Assembly (NCBI GenBank): GCA_039026395.1
Contig: JBCCMK010000005.1
Location: forward strand, 2,428-66,427
Origin: Pseudomonadota bacterium
GTDB lineage: Bacteria; Pseudomonadota; Alphaproteobacteria; Rhizobiales; JAKSCL01
Length of the DNA: 64,000 bases
Direction: 5' to 3'
Shown here: piece by piece, positions 20,608-28,725 of the stretch
Layout of the letters: each line of letters starts with the position of its first letter
Position numbering within the stretch: position 1 is the first letter of the stretch
The notes under the pieces: generated by a model
The model's database searches: none
What the model was told of the DNA's origin: nothing
What the model saw: the letters and a program-made list of their open reading frames with translations, nothing else
Program-made: the position numbers and the translations under genes

Positions 20608-21813
20608 TCATTCGTCTTCGTCGCCACCGAAAATGAAGCCGGCCCCTAACTCGTAAAGCGCGTCCATCGCCCTTCGATGCAATGGGCCTTTCGGGACATC
20701 GACCGATGCATAAAGCGGGGTTTCGAGGATAAGCCGCTCATCACTCTCCACTTGTAAGGTCGCAACGGGTGTGCCGGCATCGATCGGAGCCATCAGTGGT
20801 CCACGATAGACAATTCTGCCTCTCAAACGACCACGGTCACCCCGCGGGCGTAGCATCTGCACTTCACCGTCACCATCAAGCGGCAGCCGACGAATGCTCC
20901 CGCCGAATACGGTGGCATGCCCAACTGTCTCATCCGCACCGAAGAGCGTAACGCTGTCAAATGAACGAAATCCCCATGTCAGGAGCTTTCGGGCCTCATT
21001 CGCGCGCGCCTGCCGCGTTGGGAGTCCGGTCACCACCACGATCAAACGTTGCCCGTTTTGTACCGCGGAACCGACGAGCGAATAGCCGGATTCCTGGGTA
21101 AACCCAGTCTTCAATCCATCCGCACCAATTGACATGCGTAGAAGCGGATTGCGGTTAAACTGATTGATGCCGTTCCATTCAAACTCGGTCTCAGAGTAGA
21201 TCGGATAGAAGTCCGGGTACTCTTCGATCAAGTGCTTTGCGAGGATTGCCATCTCGCGCGCCGTCATAACATGCCCTTCGTCCGGCAGACCGGTGGCATT
21301 CATAAACGTTGAGGTTTTGAGCCCGATTTCGCGCGCGAACTCCGTCATGCGACCGGCAAATGACGCTTCAACACCCGCCATGTTTTCGGCAATCGCGATA
21401 CTTGCATCGTTTCCAGACTGAACGATCACACCGCGCATCAAATCTTCCACGCGGATCGTGTCGTCCAACTTGGCGAACATGGTCGAGCCGCCGGAGTTTG
21501 CTCCGCCTCTGCGCCATGCGTCTTCGCTGATGAAAAATTCGTCGTCGAGCGAGACTTCTCCCGCTTTGATAGCGTCGAAAAGGACGGCCATCGTCATGAG
21601 CTTGGAAATGCTGGCCGGCGGGATGGGCTCGTCCGCTTCCTTCTGAAACAGGACGGAGTTTGTACCCGCATCGATTAAGATCGCGTGCTTTGCCGCCGTG
21701 GATATCGTCTGTGCAAACGCTGCACTCGAAAACGCGATGACGGCCGCAAGGAGAAGCGCTGCCGTCGAAAAAAACGAACGGATGATACGCGTGTTGAAAC
21801 CAGGAAAGCGCAT
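20608..21813 (-). CDS. dacA: D-alanyl-D-alanine carboxypeptidase (PBP5/6 family)
   Basis: Signal peptide; SxxK (SISK), SGN, KTG. Confidence 0.92.
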   Translation of the reverse strand: MRFPGFNTRIIRSFFSTAALLLAAVIAFSSAAFAQTISTAAKHAILIDAGTNSVLFQKEADEPIPPASISKLMTMAVLFDAIKAGEVSLDDEFFISEDAWRRGGANSGGSTMFAKLDDTIRVEDLMRGVIVQSGNDASIAIAENMAGVEASFAGRMTEFAREIGLKTSTFMNATGLPDEGHVMTAREMAILAKHLIEEYPDFYPIYSETEFEWNGINQFNRNPLLRMSIGADGLKTGFTQESGYSLVGSAVQNGQRLIVVVTGLPTRQARANEARKLLTWGFRSFDSVTLFGADETVGHATVFGGSIRRLPLDGDGEVQMLRPRGDRGRLRGRIVYRGPLMAPIDAGTPVATLQVESDERLILETPLYASVDVPKGPLHRRAMDALYELGAGFIFGGDEDE

Positions 21814-21895
21814 GATTTCAGTTGTTTCAGACAGACAACGCCCGTGTCAAACGAAAGGTGCCGTTACGTGTGCCACACACGTCTAACAATCAAAC

Positions 21896-22882
21896 TCAGC
21901 CTGCGTTCGCTACAAACGCTCTGACGTCAAACGAAGGATCGCTTGGTCGCAAGCGGACGATGTAGAGCCCCGTATCGGATGTCGTGGATACATCGACTTG
22001 ACCATACCGAGCGGCAGAATTTGCAAGCCGATCGGCATTCTCACGCACAGAGAACGCCCCGATCTGCACGAAGTCGGAAGTCGTGGACGCGCTCGCCGAT
22101 AGTCGCGCAACGGGCGCGGGTTGCAAATTCGGCACCCGGCGGCCGGAATAGGCAGAAGTTGCCACGCGATACCGCTCTCTATTCGCGCGGTCCTGGCCAT
22201 CGGTCGCGAATGCGTTTGCAGCGAGCTTCTGATCCACAGCCGCAACACGCCGGTTTGTTCCGTTGTCGCGTACAGTTGTTGTCAGCCACTCATCCTGGCC
22301 GTCCAACGGAGCCCGACCGACATATTGAACCCTGACTTTCGCCACGCCGTCGTTCCGGAACTCCAGAATGTCGGCCACTTTTTTGGAGAGGTCGATGATG
22401 CGTCCGCGCGAAAACGGTCCGCGATCATTGACACGCACCACGATCGATTTGTCGTTCTGAAGGTTAGTGACGCGCACATATGTGGGAAGCGGCAGTGTCT
22501 TATGCGCAGCCGTCAGCGCGTGCATGTTGTAGACTTCACCATTGGCTGTTTTGCGACCATGGAAGTCGGCGCCGTACCACGACGCAATCCCAACCTCATC
22601 ATAATTGGGTTGGTGCTTTGGCGTGTATCTAATGCCTTTGATTGTGTAGGGGCGGCCAACCTTAAAAGCGCCGCCACCTTCTGGCACCGGCTGGCCTAGG
22701 CTCACAACACGTGGGCTGTAGTCCTCTTCCGTCAGCTTTTTCTTGCTGTCTGAGGAAGCGCAGCCGACCAGGACCGCACCCATACACACCACAACACAAA
22801 TCGAAAGGCTGCGAGCCTTCGAACGCTTCACCCAACTCACGCGGCAATCCCCAAAAACGTTCAGACGAACGCGCTGTCCCAC
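21896..22882 (-). CDS. rlpA: Septal lytic transglycosylase RlpA (lipoprotein, DPBB + SPOR); start uncertain
   Basis: Lipobox LVGC; GIASWYG, TAAHKTLP, VRVNDRGPF, RIIDLS; C-terminal VQIGAF SPOR motif. Confidence 0.9.
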   Translation of the reverse strand: MGQRVRLNVFGDCRVSWVKRSKARSLSICVVVCMGAVLVGCASSDSKKKLTEEDYSPRVVSLGQPVPEGGGAFKVGRPYTIKGIRYTPKHQPNYDEVGIASWYGADFHGRKTANGEVYNMHALTAAHKTLPLPTYVRVTNLQNDKSIVVRVNDRGPFSRGRIIDLSKKVADILEFRNDGVAKVRVQYVGRAPLDGQDEWLTTTVRDNGTNRRVAAVDQKLAANAFATDGQDRANRERYRVATSAYSGRRVPNLQPAPVARLSASASTTSDFVQIGAFSVRENADRLANSAARYGQVDVSTTSDTGLYIVRLRPSDPSFDVRAFVANAG

Positions 22883-22934
22883 ACTGAATATCGGGAGTGA
22901 GCACGTGCCTGTCGAGCAAACGTCCCAGGCACGC

Positions 22935-22949
22935 TTAAGCGTTCGTAAA
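22935..22949. promoter_or_regulatory. Candidate CtrA box upstream of rlpA
   Basis: TTAA-N7-TAAA, one mismatch to TTAA-N7-TTAA. Confidence 0.35.
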
Positions 22950-22990
22950 TGTAGCAGGGTGAGCTACGCCGCGATTGGGGCTAAAAAGCG

Positions 22991-23386
22991 TCACTCGACG
23001 CGGGCAACGCCCGAGCGACCATCGTCGCGGGTCCAGCCAAGCCGATTTGCCGAGCCGACATCTTGAAGCGTGAAACAGAACGTGCGGCCACGATACCAGG
23101 TCGGAAACTGCTGACACATGCGATTGCCGTCAATCCACCACTTACCGGTTTCTTTCGGCGCGAAGAACCGTGCGAGGCCAACCTTTGTGCCGTCGCCGGT
23201 CACTTGGCCGTTTGATCGATACTGCAGAGGAAACTCACCCCCGGTCGGAATACGAAGGTAAATCGTCCTGTTGACGATGCGATCGCGAATTTGGTCACCA
23301 GAAAGGGTCGCGCCATAGGCCTCAGGCGACGCAAACAGTAACGAACCGATCACGAATAATGCCCCCGCAATTTTCGAAACAAACAT
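22991..23386 (-). CDS. Secreted hypothetical protein (small beta-rich, DUF995-like)
   Basis: Signal peptide ending AYG-A; GKWWIDGNRMC...C pattern; GAGGA RBS upstream. Confidence 0.7.
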   Translation of the reverse strand: MFVSKIAGALFVIGSLLFASPEAYGATLSGDQIRDRIVNRTIYLRIPTGGEFPLQYRSNGQVTGDGTKVGLARFFAPKETGKWWIDGNRMCQQFPTWYRGRTFCFTLQDVGSANRLGWTRDDGRSGVARVE

Positions 23387-23533
23387 AAAGGTCCTCTTGG
23401 ATGGTTTCGCCTGGATTACGCGACCTCATCAATATCGGATCAATTCGGTCAGGAATGCGACAAACGTGCGAACGAGAACATCGGAGCGTTATGACTTGAT
23501 TCCGGCGTTCCTTTTGGGCATCCCCTCACTCAC

Positions 23534-23623
23534 GGATGGGTGGCCGAGTGGTTGAAGGCACCGGTCTTGAAAACCGGCAGGCGGGGAACCGTCTCGTGGG
23601 TTCGAATCCCACCCCATCCGCCA
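23534..23623 (+). tRNA. tRNA-Ser (anticodon TGA)
   Basis: GGATGGG/CCCATCC acceptor stem, CCGGT-CTTGAAA-ACCGG anticodon arm, long variable arm, TTCGAAT, encoded CCA; 90 nt. Confidence 0.97.
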
Positions 23624-23845
23624 CGTCCGATCTCGCGATTTTCCGGCTCGCTTAGAGCGACGGCGCGAAGTCTTTGGTCGATTGTGACAGCTCCTGGACG
23701 TCACATCGTTTCATTCGCGTGCGACCAGTCTCAGCTGAAGTGCGAATTCGCAAAATGCAACCACGCCTAATAGCCAATGCGGGAAAATCTCACACATGTG
23801 ATAAATTTCGCGGGTGAAACTAAATAAATCGGCTGGTGTGAAACG

Positions 23846-24580
23846 ATGAACAAAATGTTTGGGGCGCCCTCACGGCATATTTTAATTATTCTTTCAGATC
23901 CTGCGACGTCGCCGGTCACAGGCTGGCCCATTGGTTTTTGGTGGGCGGAACTGACCCATGCATGGCTCGCGTTTCGCGATGCCGGCTATCAGATGACCAT
24001 CTGCTCGCCCAATGGCGGTGACCTTATGGGTGACATTTGGAGCGACCCGGAACACGAGACTGGATATGCAGCGTGGGATATCGTGTCCCAAGGCTTCATC
24101 AAAGGCCCCCAAACAAAAGACCTAATTAAAGGCGTCCCAACGCTTGGCTCATTGAACATGGACGATTACGACGCGCTGTATCTCGCGGGCGGCCAGGGCC
24201 CCATGGTCACCTGGATTGATAATACTGAACTCCAAAGGACCGTGGCTGCTTTCTACGAATCTGGGAAGATCACATGTGCCGTCTGTCACGGGACATGCAT
24301 TCTCCTTAATACCACTCTGTCGAACGGCGACCTCCTCGTGAAAGGCAAGACCTGGACAGGTTTTGCAAACACCGAGGAAGAATTCTCCGAAAGTGCGGCG
24401 GGTCAGAAAATTCAACCGTTCTGGATTGAGAATGAAGCGCGAAAGATCGAGCAGACGAATTTCATTGTCGACAGCATGCAGTCTGAATTTGCTGTTCGAG
24501 ACGGCAACCTCGTCACGGGACAACAAAATTTCTCGGGAAAGGCGGCGGCGGAAAAGATGATCGAGGCACTCGGCAGCTAG
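23846..24580 (+). CDS. DJ-1/PfpI (type 1 glutamine amidotransferase-like) protein
   Basis: GFWWAEL (Glu), AGGQG, AVCHG (Cys nucleophile), DGNLVTGQ. Confidence 0.88.
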   Translation: MNKMFGAPSRHILIILSDPATSPVTGWPIGFWWAELTHAWLAFRDAGYQMTICSPNGGDLMGDIWSDPEHETGYAAWDIVSQGFIKGPQTKDLIKGVPTLGSLNMDDYDALYLAGGQGPMVTWIDNTELQRTVAAFYESGKITCAVCHGTCILLNTTLSNGDLLVKGKTWTGFANTEEEFSESAAGQKIQPFWIENEARKIEQTNFIVDSMQSEFAVRDGNLVTGQQNFSGKAAAEKMIEALGS

Positions 24581-24601
24581 GTTGAGGCCTCATATTCCTG
24601 A

Positions 24602-24820
24602 TGTGTTTGGCGTCTGAAACGGCAAGAAGCTGGGGTAATTTGAGTGCAGAGCGGGCTTTCTGCCCAGTCAAACTCAAATTGCGATCAGATTGACGCCGTT
24701 TCGACGTCCAAAGGAAGGGGCAGATTTGATCGCCTGCTGTGTTGCAAGACCTTGAAAGTCAGCGAGACTTCCTTCGGTCTTGCGCCGTGCAGGCAACCAA
24801 ATCTTCTCCCACCAAACGCA
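24602..24820. other. Structured intergenic element: two long tandem imperfect hairpins with a possible outer closing stem
   Basis: Paired segments read directly from the sequence (see findings). Confidence 0.6.
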
Positions 24821-24875
24821 CCACGAATATGAATTCTCAACCTGGGGTCAGGAACCAAAGGCAAGCGAGAAAGAC

Positions 24876-26483
24876 ATGGAAAGTTTTGCTGAAGATCTCG
24901 CCCGCATGCAAAGAACGCCTCTGAGTGAGGCTCATATTGCAGCGCTGCGGGAAATTTCAGAAGAGGTGGAATGGCCGAAGCACCACCTTGTCGTAAAGCC
25001 CGGGGAACCGCTTGATCGTTTTGTTTACATCTTAAGCGGCGCCATCGAAGTTTTCGACCAAAAGACAAACGAAGCGTACCTATCAGCGTTTTTGGGTCCG
25101 GGTCAGTTTGCGGGGGAAATCGCGTTTTTGAACGGGACGGCAGCTGTCCTTGCACTGCGCACACGAGAGCCGAGCCGGGTTCTTGTCGCACCGCGTCCTG
25201 ACGTTCTTCGGCTCATGTCCAAAATCCCGGAGATGAGCGACATTATCCTGTCGGTCTTTGCCGCACGCAGGCGTCGCCAGGTAGAAACCGGTGACGGTAA
25301 CTTGACGCTTATTGGCGCCGATAAAAGCCGCGATGTGCGTCGCGTCGAGACCTTTCTCAGTCAAAACAAAATCCCTTACACCGGGATAGATTTGGATGAC
25401 CCGCGCGCTGGCCCCTTGTGCAAAAGCGATGTAGGTCCTGGCGTTATCTTCGGCGCCGACCATCGTATACCGGACGCAAGCCCTGAAAGTGTGGCGCAAA
25501 TTCTCGGCCTCGATCAGGCAGCGGGCGCTGACACGACAACCGATGTCTTGATTGTTGGTGGCGGCCCCGGCGGCGTTGCTGCTGCAGTTTATGCGGGCGC
25601 CGAAGGGCTATCATCAATCCTGGTAGAAGAGATCGCCGTTGGCGGTCAGGCCGGGACGTCGTCGCGCATCGAAAACTATATGGGTTTTCCAACCGGTATC
25701 TCAGGCGGCGATCTCGTTTGGCGCGGCGAAGTGCAGGCCATGAAATTCGGCACGCGCTTTGTTCGACCGAGACGGGTCGTCTCCGTTACGCCACAGAAAG
25801 ACGGGCGATTTTGTGCGACGCTAAACGACGAAACAGAAATCGACGCTGGCGCGATCGTCGTTGCAACCGGCGTCCAGTATCGTCGCCTCCCCTGGGAACG
25901 CCTTGAGGATTTTGAGGGTGCTGGCGTCTATTACTCAGCGACACAGACCGAGGCCCGTTATTGCGCTGGCGATGAGGTGATTGTCGTGGGCGGCGGGAAT
26001 TCAGCCGGCCAGGCGGCAATGTATCTCAGTCGGCCTGCACGCCATGTTCACGTCTTCGTCCGGGGGCAATCTTTGGCGGAGACCATGTCGGACTACTTGT
26101 CGAGCCGGCTGGAAACCGACCCCGCAATTTCACTGCATTTTGGCACGCAGATCACCGGACTGAATGGAGAGGATGTTCTGACCACAGTACATTACAGCAA
26201 CGCGAACGGTGCTCAATCAATGGACGCCCGCGGTGTGTTTGTAATGGTCGGCGCTGCGCCAAATACTGATTGGTTGAAGGATGTCGTTGGCCTCGACTCA
26301 AAAGGTTTTGTGCTAACCGGTGAGGACGCTGGGGCTGGTTCTCAATACGCGACTTCAAATCCGGGCATCTTTGCGGTTGGCGACGTACGTGCAGGATCGG
26401 TCAAGCGAGTTGCAAGCGCTGTTGGAGAAGGCTCCGTCTCTATCTCAAGCGTGTGGTCCTACGTTCGGAATTCCGGCATCTAA
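24876..26483 (+). CDS. cNMP-binding-domain thioredoxin-reductase-like flavoprotein lacking CxxC
   Basis: cNMP fold (LGPGQFAGEIAFL), FAD motif GGGPGG, SSRIENYMGFP, NADPH motif GGGNSAGQ, GDVR...VASAVGEG; start MESFAED (24876). Confidence 0.88.
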   Translation: MESFAEDLARMQRTPLSEAHIAALREISEEVEWPKHHLVVKPGEPLDRFVYILSGAIEVFDQKTNEAYLSAFLGPGQFAGEIAFLNGTAAVLALRTREPSRVLVAPRPDVLRLMSKIPEMSDIILSVFAARRRRQVETGDGNLTLIGADKSRDVRRVETFLSQNKIPYTGIDLDDPRAGPLCKSDVGPGVIFGADHRIPDASPESVAQILGLDQAAGADTTTDVLIVGGGPGGVAAAVYAGAEGLSSILVEEIAVGGQAGTSSRIENYMGFPTGISGGDLVWRGEVQAMKFGTRFVRPRRVVSVTPQKDGRFCATLNDETEIDAGAIVVATGVQYRRLPWERLEDFEGAGVYYSATQTEARYCAGDEVIVVGGGNSAGQAAMYLSRPARHVHVFVRGQSLAETMSDYLSSRLETDPAISLHFGTQITGLNGEDVLTTVHYSNANGAQSMDARGVFVMVGAAPNTDWLKDVVGLDSKGFVLTGEDAGAGSQYATSNPGIFAVGDVRAGSVKRVASAVGEGSVSISSVWSYVRNSGI

Positions 26484-26588
26484 CGAGCTGGCAACCAATC
26501 GCCCTGAAACGAGCAATTTGGTGCCTTCGTTTTGCCGCGAAGCGGGATCATCTCGCCGCCAACGAAAACAACATCCGATTCAACTTCT

Positions 26589-26987
26589 ATGACACTACAA
26601 ATGAAACTCGCGGCAGTCGCGACTGGCGTTTGCCTTGGTCTCGCATTGGCCGTAAGCGCCGTAGACGCAGCTCAAACACAAGGCTCCGCTTCCTGGTATG
26701 GCGGGAAATTTCATGGCCGCACGACCGCCAGCGGCGAGCGTTTCAATCAAAACGCTTATACCGCTGCTCATCGCCAACTCCGGTTTGGGACCCGCGTCTG
26801 CGTTCAGAACAAGATCAATGGTCGCGGCGTTACGGTTCGCATCAATGATCGGGGGCCATTCACACGGGGGCGCATCATTGATGTTTCGAAGGCTGCAGCG
26901 ACCAGGCTCGGCATGGTTTCACGCGGCACCGCACCGGTAAATGTGCGGATCCTGAAATCAAATGCCAAACCCGGTCGAGCCTGTTAG
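26589..26987 (+). CDS. RlpA-like DPBB protein, secreted, no SPOR domain
   Basis: Signal peptide; GSASWYG, TAAH, RINDRGPF, RIIDVS; start 26589 or 26601. Confidence 0.88.
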   Translation: MTLQMKLAAVATGVCLGLALAVSAVDAAQTQGSASWYGGKFHGRTTASGERFNQNAYTAAHRQLRFGTRVCVQNKINGRGVTVRINDRGPFTRGRIIDVSKAAATRLGMVSRGTAPVNVRILKSNAKPGRAC

Positions 26988-27490
26988 GGCGTTATTGCGT
27001 CTTCCAGCCGGAACCTCACTATCTTTGCCACTTGCTCGATTGCCATCTGGAATTCGCCTTTGCGTGTCTTTTCCACTCGCTCTGCATAAGAATTGAGTAT
27101 TTGTGCCTTGGTCGCACCCTTCACCGCCAGAATGAACGGAAAGCCAAACTTGGCTTTGTAGTCTTCGTTCAGGCGGTGAAAGGCCTCGAACTCTTTTTCG
27201 GTCAACTGGTCCAAGCCAGCGGACGCTTGCTCACTGGTTGATGCGTCGGTGAGCCCCCCTGCCCGCGCCGCGCGACCGGCGAGGTCTGGATGCGCGTTCA
27301 AGAGATCCCGTTGTCTGCTGTCCGGGGCGTTTCGTATTGCACTCCCAAACGCGTCTGCCATCTCACCCACGGATGCGTATGGCCGCATCGTCATTGCAGT
27401 TTCGGCAACCCACGGTGAGTGCTCAGCAATGCCGCCGAAGTGCTCAACGAATGCATCGGCACTTAGTCCGTTCACGTCTTCGAGGGTCAT
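26984..27490 (-). CDS. uraD: OHCU decarboxylase
   Basis: EHSPWVA, AHPDLA, STSEQASAGL, YKAKFGFPFILAVKG; ATGA overlap with puuD stop. Confidence 0.92.
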   Translation of the reverse strand: MTLEDVNGLSADAFVEHFGGIAEHSPWVAETAMTMRPYASVGEMADAFGSAIRNAPDSRQRDLLNAHPDLAGRAARAGGLTDASTSEQASAGLDQLTEKEFEAFHRLNEDYKAKFGFPFILAVKGATKAQILNSYAERVEKTRKGEFQMAIEQVAKIVRFRLEDAITP

Positions 27491-28668
27491 TCCAGGGACG
27501 TGATCCAAGCACCGAGGGATTGCCGTTCCGCGTCGGTCATATCGGTTTCATTACCGAGGGGCATCGCGTCTGATAAAACCGCCTGTTCCATGATCTGCTG
27601 CGAATAAAGCCGCAGATCATCCACGGTTTCCAAGTGAAAGCCCGCAGGCGCTTCCTCAAACCATTCATGTGATGGGTTTTGCGCGTGACAGGTGGAACAA
27701 TGCGTCTGCACGAGTGTTAGTGCTTGGGCGTCCGATATCACGGCAACTGAAGCGTCAATCTCGTCCGGCGCTGTGATAACGGCTGCCAGAAACAGGGCTG
27801 TTGCGCCAACTGGAAGGGTCCAGCTTATTTTCGTGAGCGGGTCGCCTGCGTCGTGCCGGTTGATGAAGTGGCGTATCATAGCGCCCGCCACGATGATGAA
27901 GCCGACGATCATCCAACTGTGCGGATGACTGTAGAGGAATGGGTAGTGCCCTGACACCATCATGAGGAGCACTGGCAGGGTCAGGTAATTGTTGTGCGTA
28001 GAGCGCAACTTACCGACGCGACCAAACTCAGGGTCGGGTGTCTCGCCTGCGAGAAGGGACGCGGTAATCTTCTTCTGGTTCGGGATGATGATCATGAAGA
28101 CGTTCGCGGCCATGATCGTGCCGACAAAGGCACCGACATGGATGAACGCGCCGCGCCCCGTGAACATCGCGGTGTAGATGTAGGCAGCCGTCAGGATGAG
28201 CGCGAAGACGCATACCGCTGTCACAGTTGGATATCGGCCGATGGGAGACCGGCAAATGCCAGTGTAAATCAGCCAGCCAACGGCCAGGCTCCCGGCACCA
28301 AATGCGCCGGCTTCGAGCGGCGTCGCATCCCACTTCGAAGCGTCGATTAGATAGAGATTGGCGTCGATGTAATAGATCAGGACGAGGAGCGAGAAGCCCG
28401 TCATCCACGTCAGATAAGCCTGCCATTTATGCCAGATCAGGTCGTCGGGCAGATCATCCGGCGCAACGGTGTATTTCTCGACATGATAAAAGCCCCCGCC
28501 ATGGACTTCCCACGCGGTGCCATAGACGCCTTTGTTCATTTTCGCGCGCTGGCGAAGGGAGAGATCAAGCGCGATGAAATAAAACGACGTGCCGATCCAG
28601 GTGATACCCGTGATGATGTGGGCCCACCGGAGGAGCAAATCGAGCCAATCAAGAAGATATGGCAACAT
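27487..28668 (-). CDS. puuD: Integral-membrane urate oxidase with C-terminal cytochrome c
   Basis: RWAHIITGITWIGTSFYF, VHGGGFY, RSTHNNY, heme motif CSTCH, MPLGN; urate-pathway context. Confidence 0.9.
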   Translation of the reverse strand: MLPYLLDWLDLLLRWAHIITGITWIGTSFYFIALDLSLRQRAKMNKGVYGTAWEVHGGGFYHVEKYTVAPDDLPDDLIWHKWQAYLTWMTGFSLLVLIYYIDANLYLIDASKWDATPLEAGAFGAGSLAVGWLIYTGICRSPIGRYPTVTAVCVFALILTAAYIYTAMFTGRGAFIHVGAFVGTIMAANVFMIIIPNQKKITASLLAGETPDPEFGRVGKLRSTHNNYLTLPVLLMMVSGHYPFLYSHPHSWMIVGFIIVAGAMIRHFINRHDAGDPLTKISWTLPVGATALFLAAVITAPDEIDASVAVISDAQALTLVQTHCSTCHAQNPSHEWFEEAPAGFHLETVDDLRLYSQQIMEQAVLSDAMPLGNETDMTDAERQSLGAWITSLE

Positions 28669-28681
28669 CGAGCAGATCCTT

Positions 28682-28718
28682 AAGAGTGCTGCGACCTCTG
28701 TTGGAGGCCGCGGCTCTT
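28682..28718 (-). other. Intercistronic stem-loop after the BMP gene, no U-tract
   Basis: Plus strand AAGAGtGCTGCGACCTC-tgttg-GAGGCCGCGGCTCTT, imperfect stem. Confidence 0.5.
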
Positions 28719-28725
28719 CTCGTGT

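Noticed and set aside
23683..23705. CRP-like site TGTGAC...GTCACA upstream of the DJ-1 gene
   Set aside because: Half-sites are 13 nt apart instead of 6
23534..23845. Integrative element at tRNA-Ser (and likewise at tRNA-Lys)
   Set aside because: No integrase and no duplicated tRNA 3' end seen in the window (checked by eye)
24845..24867. Resemblance of GGTCAGGAACCAAAGGCAAGC to SRP RNA helix 8
   Set aside because: No GGAA/GNRA tetraloop or AGCAG motif and no long flanking stem
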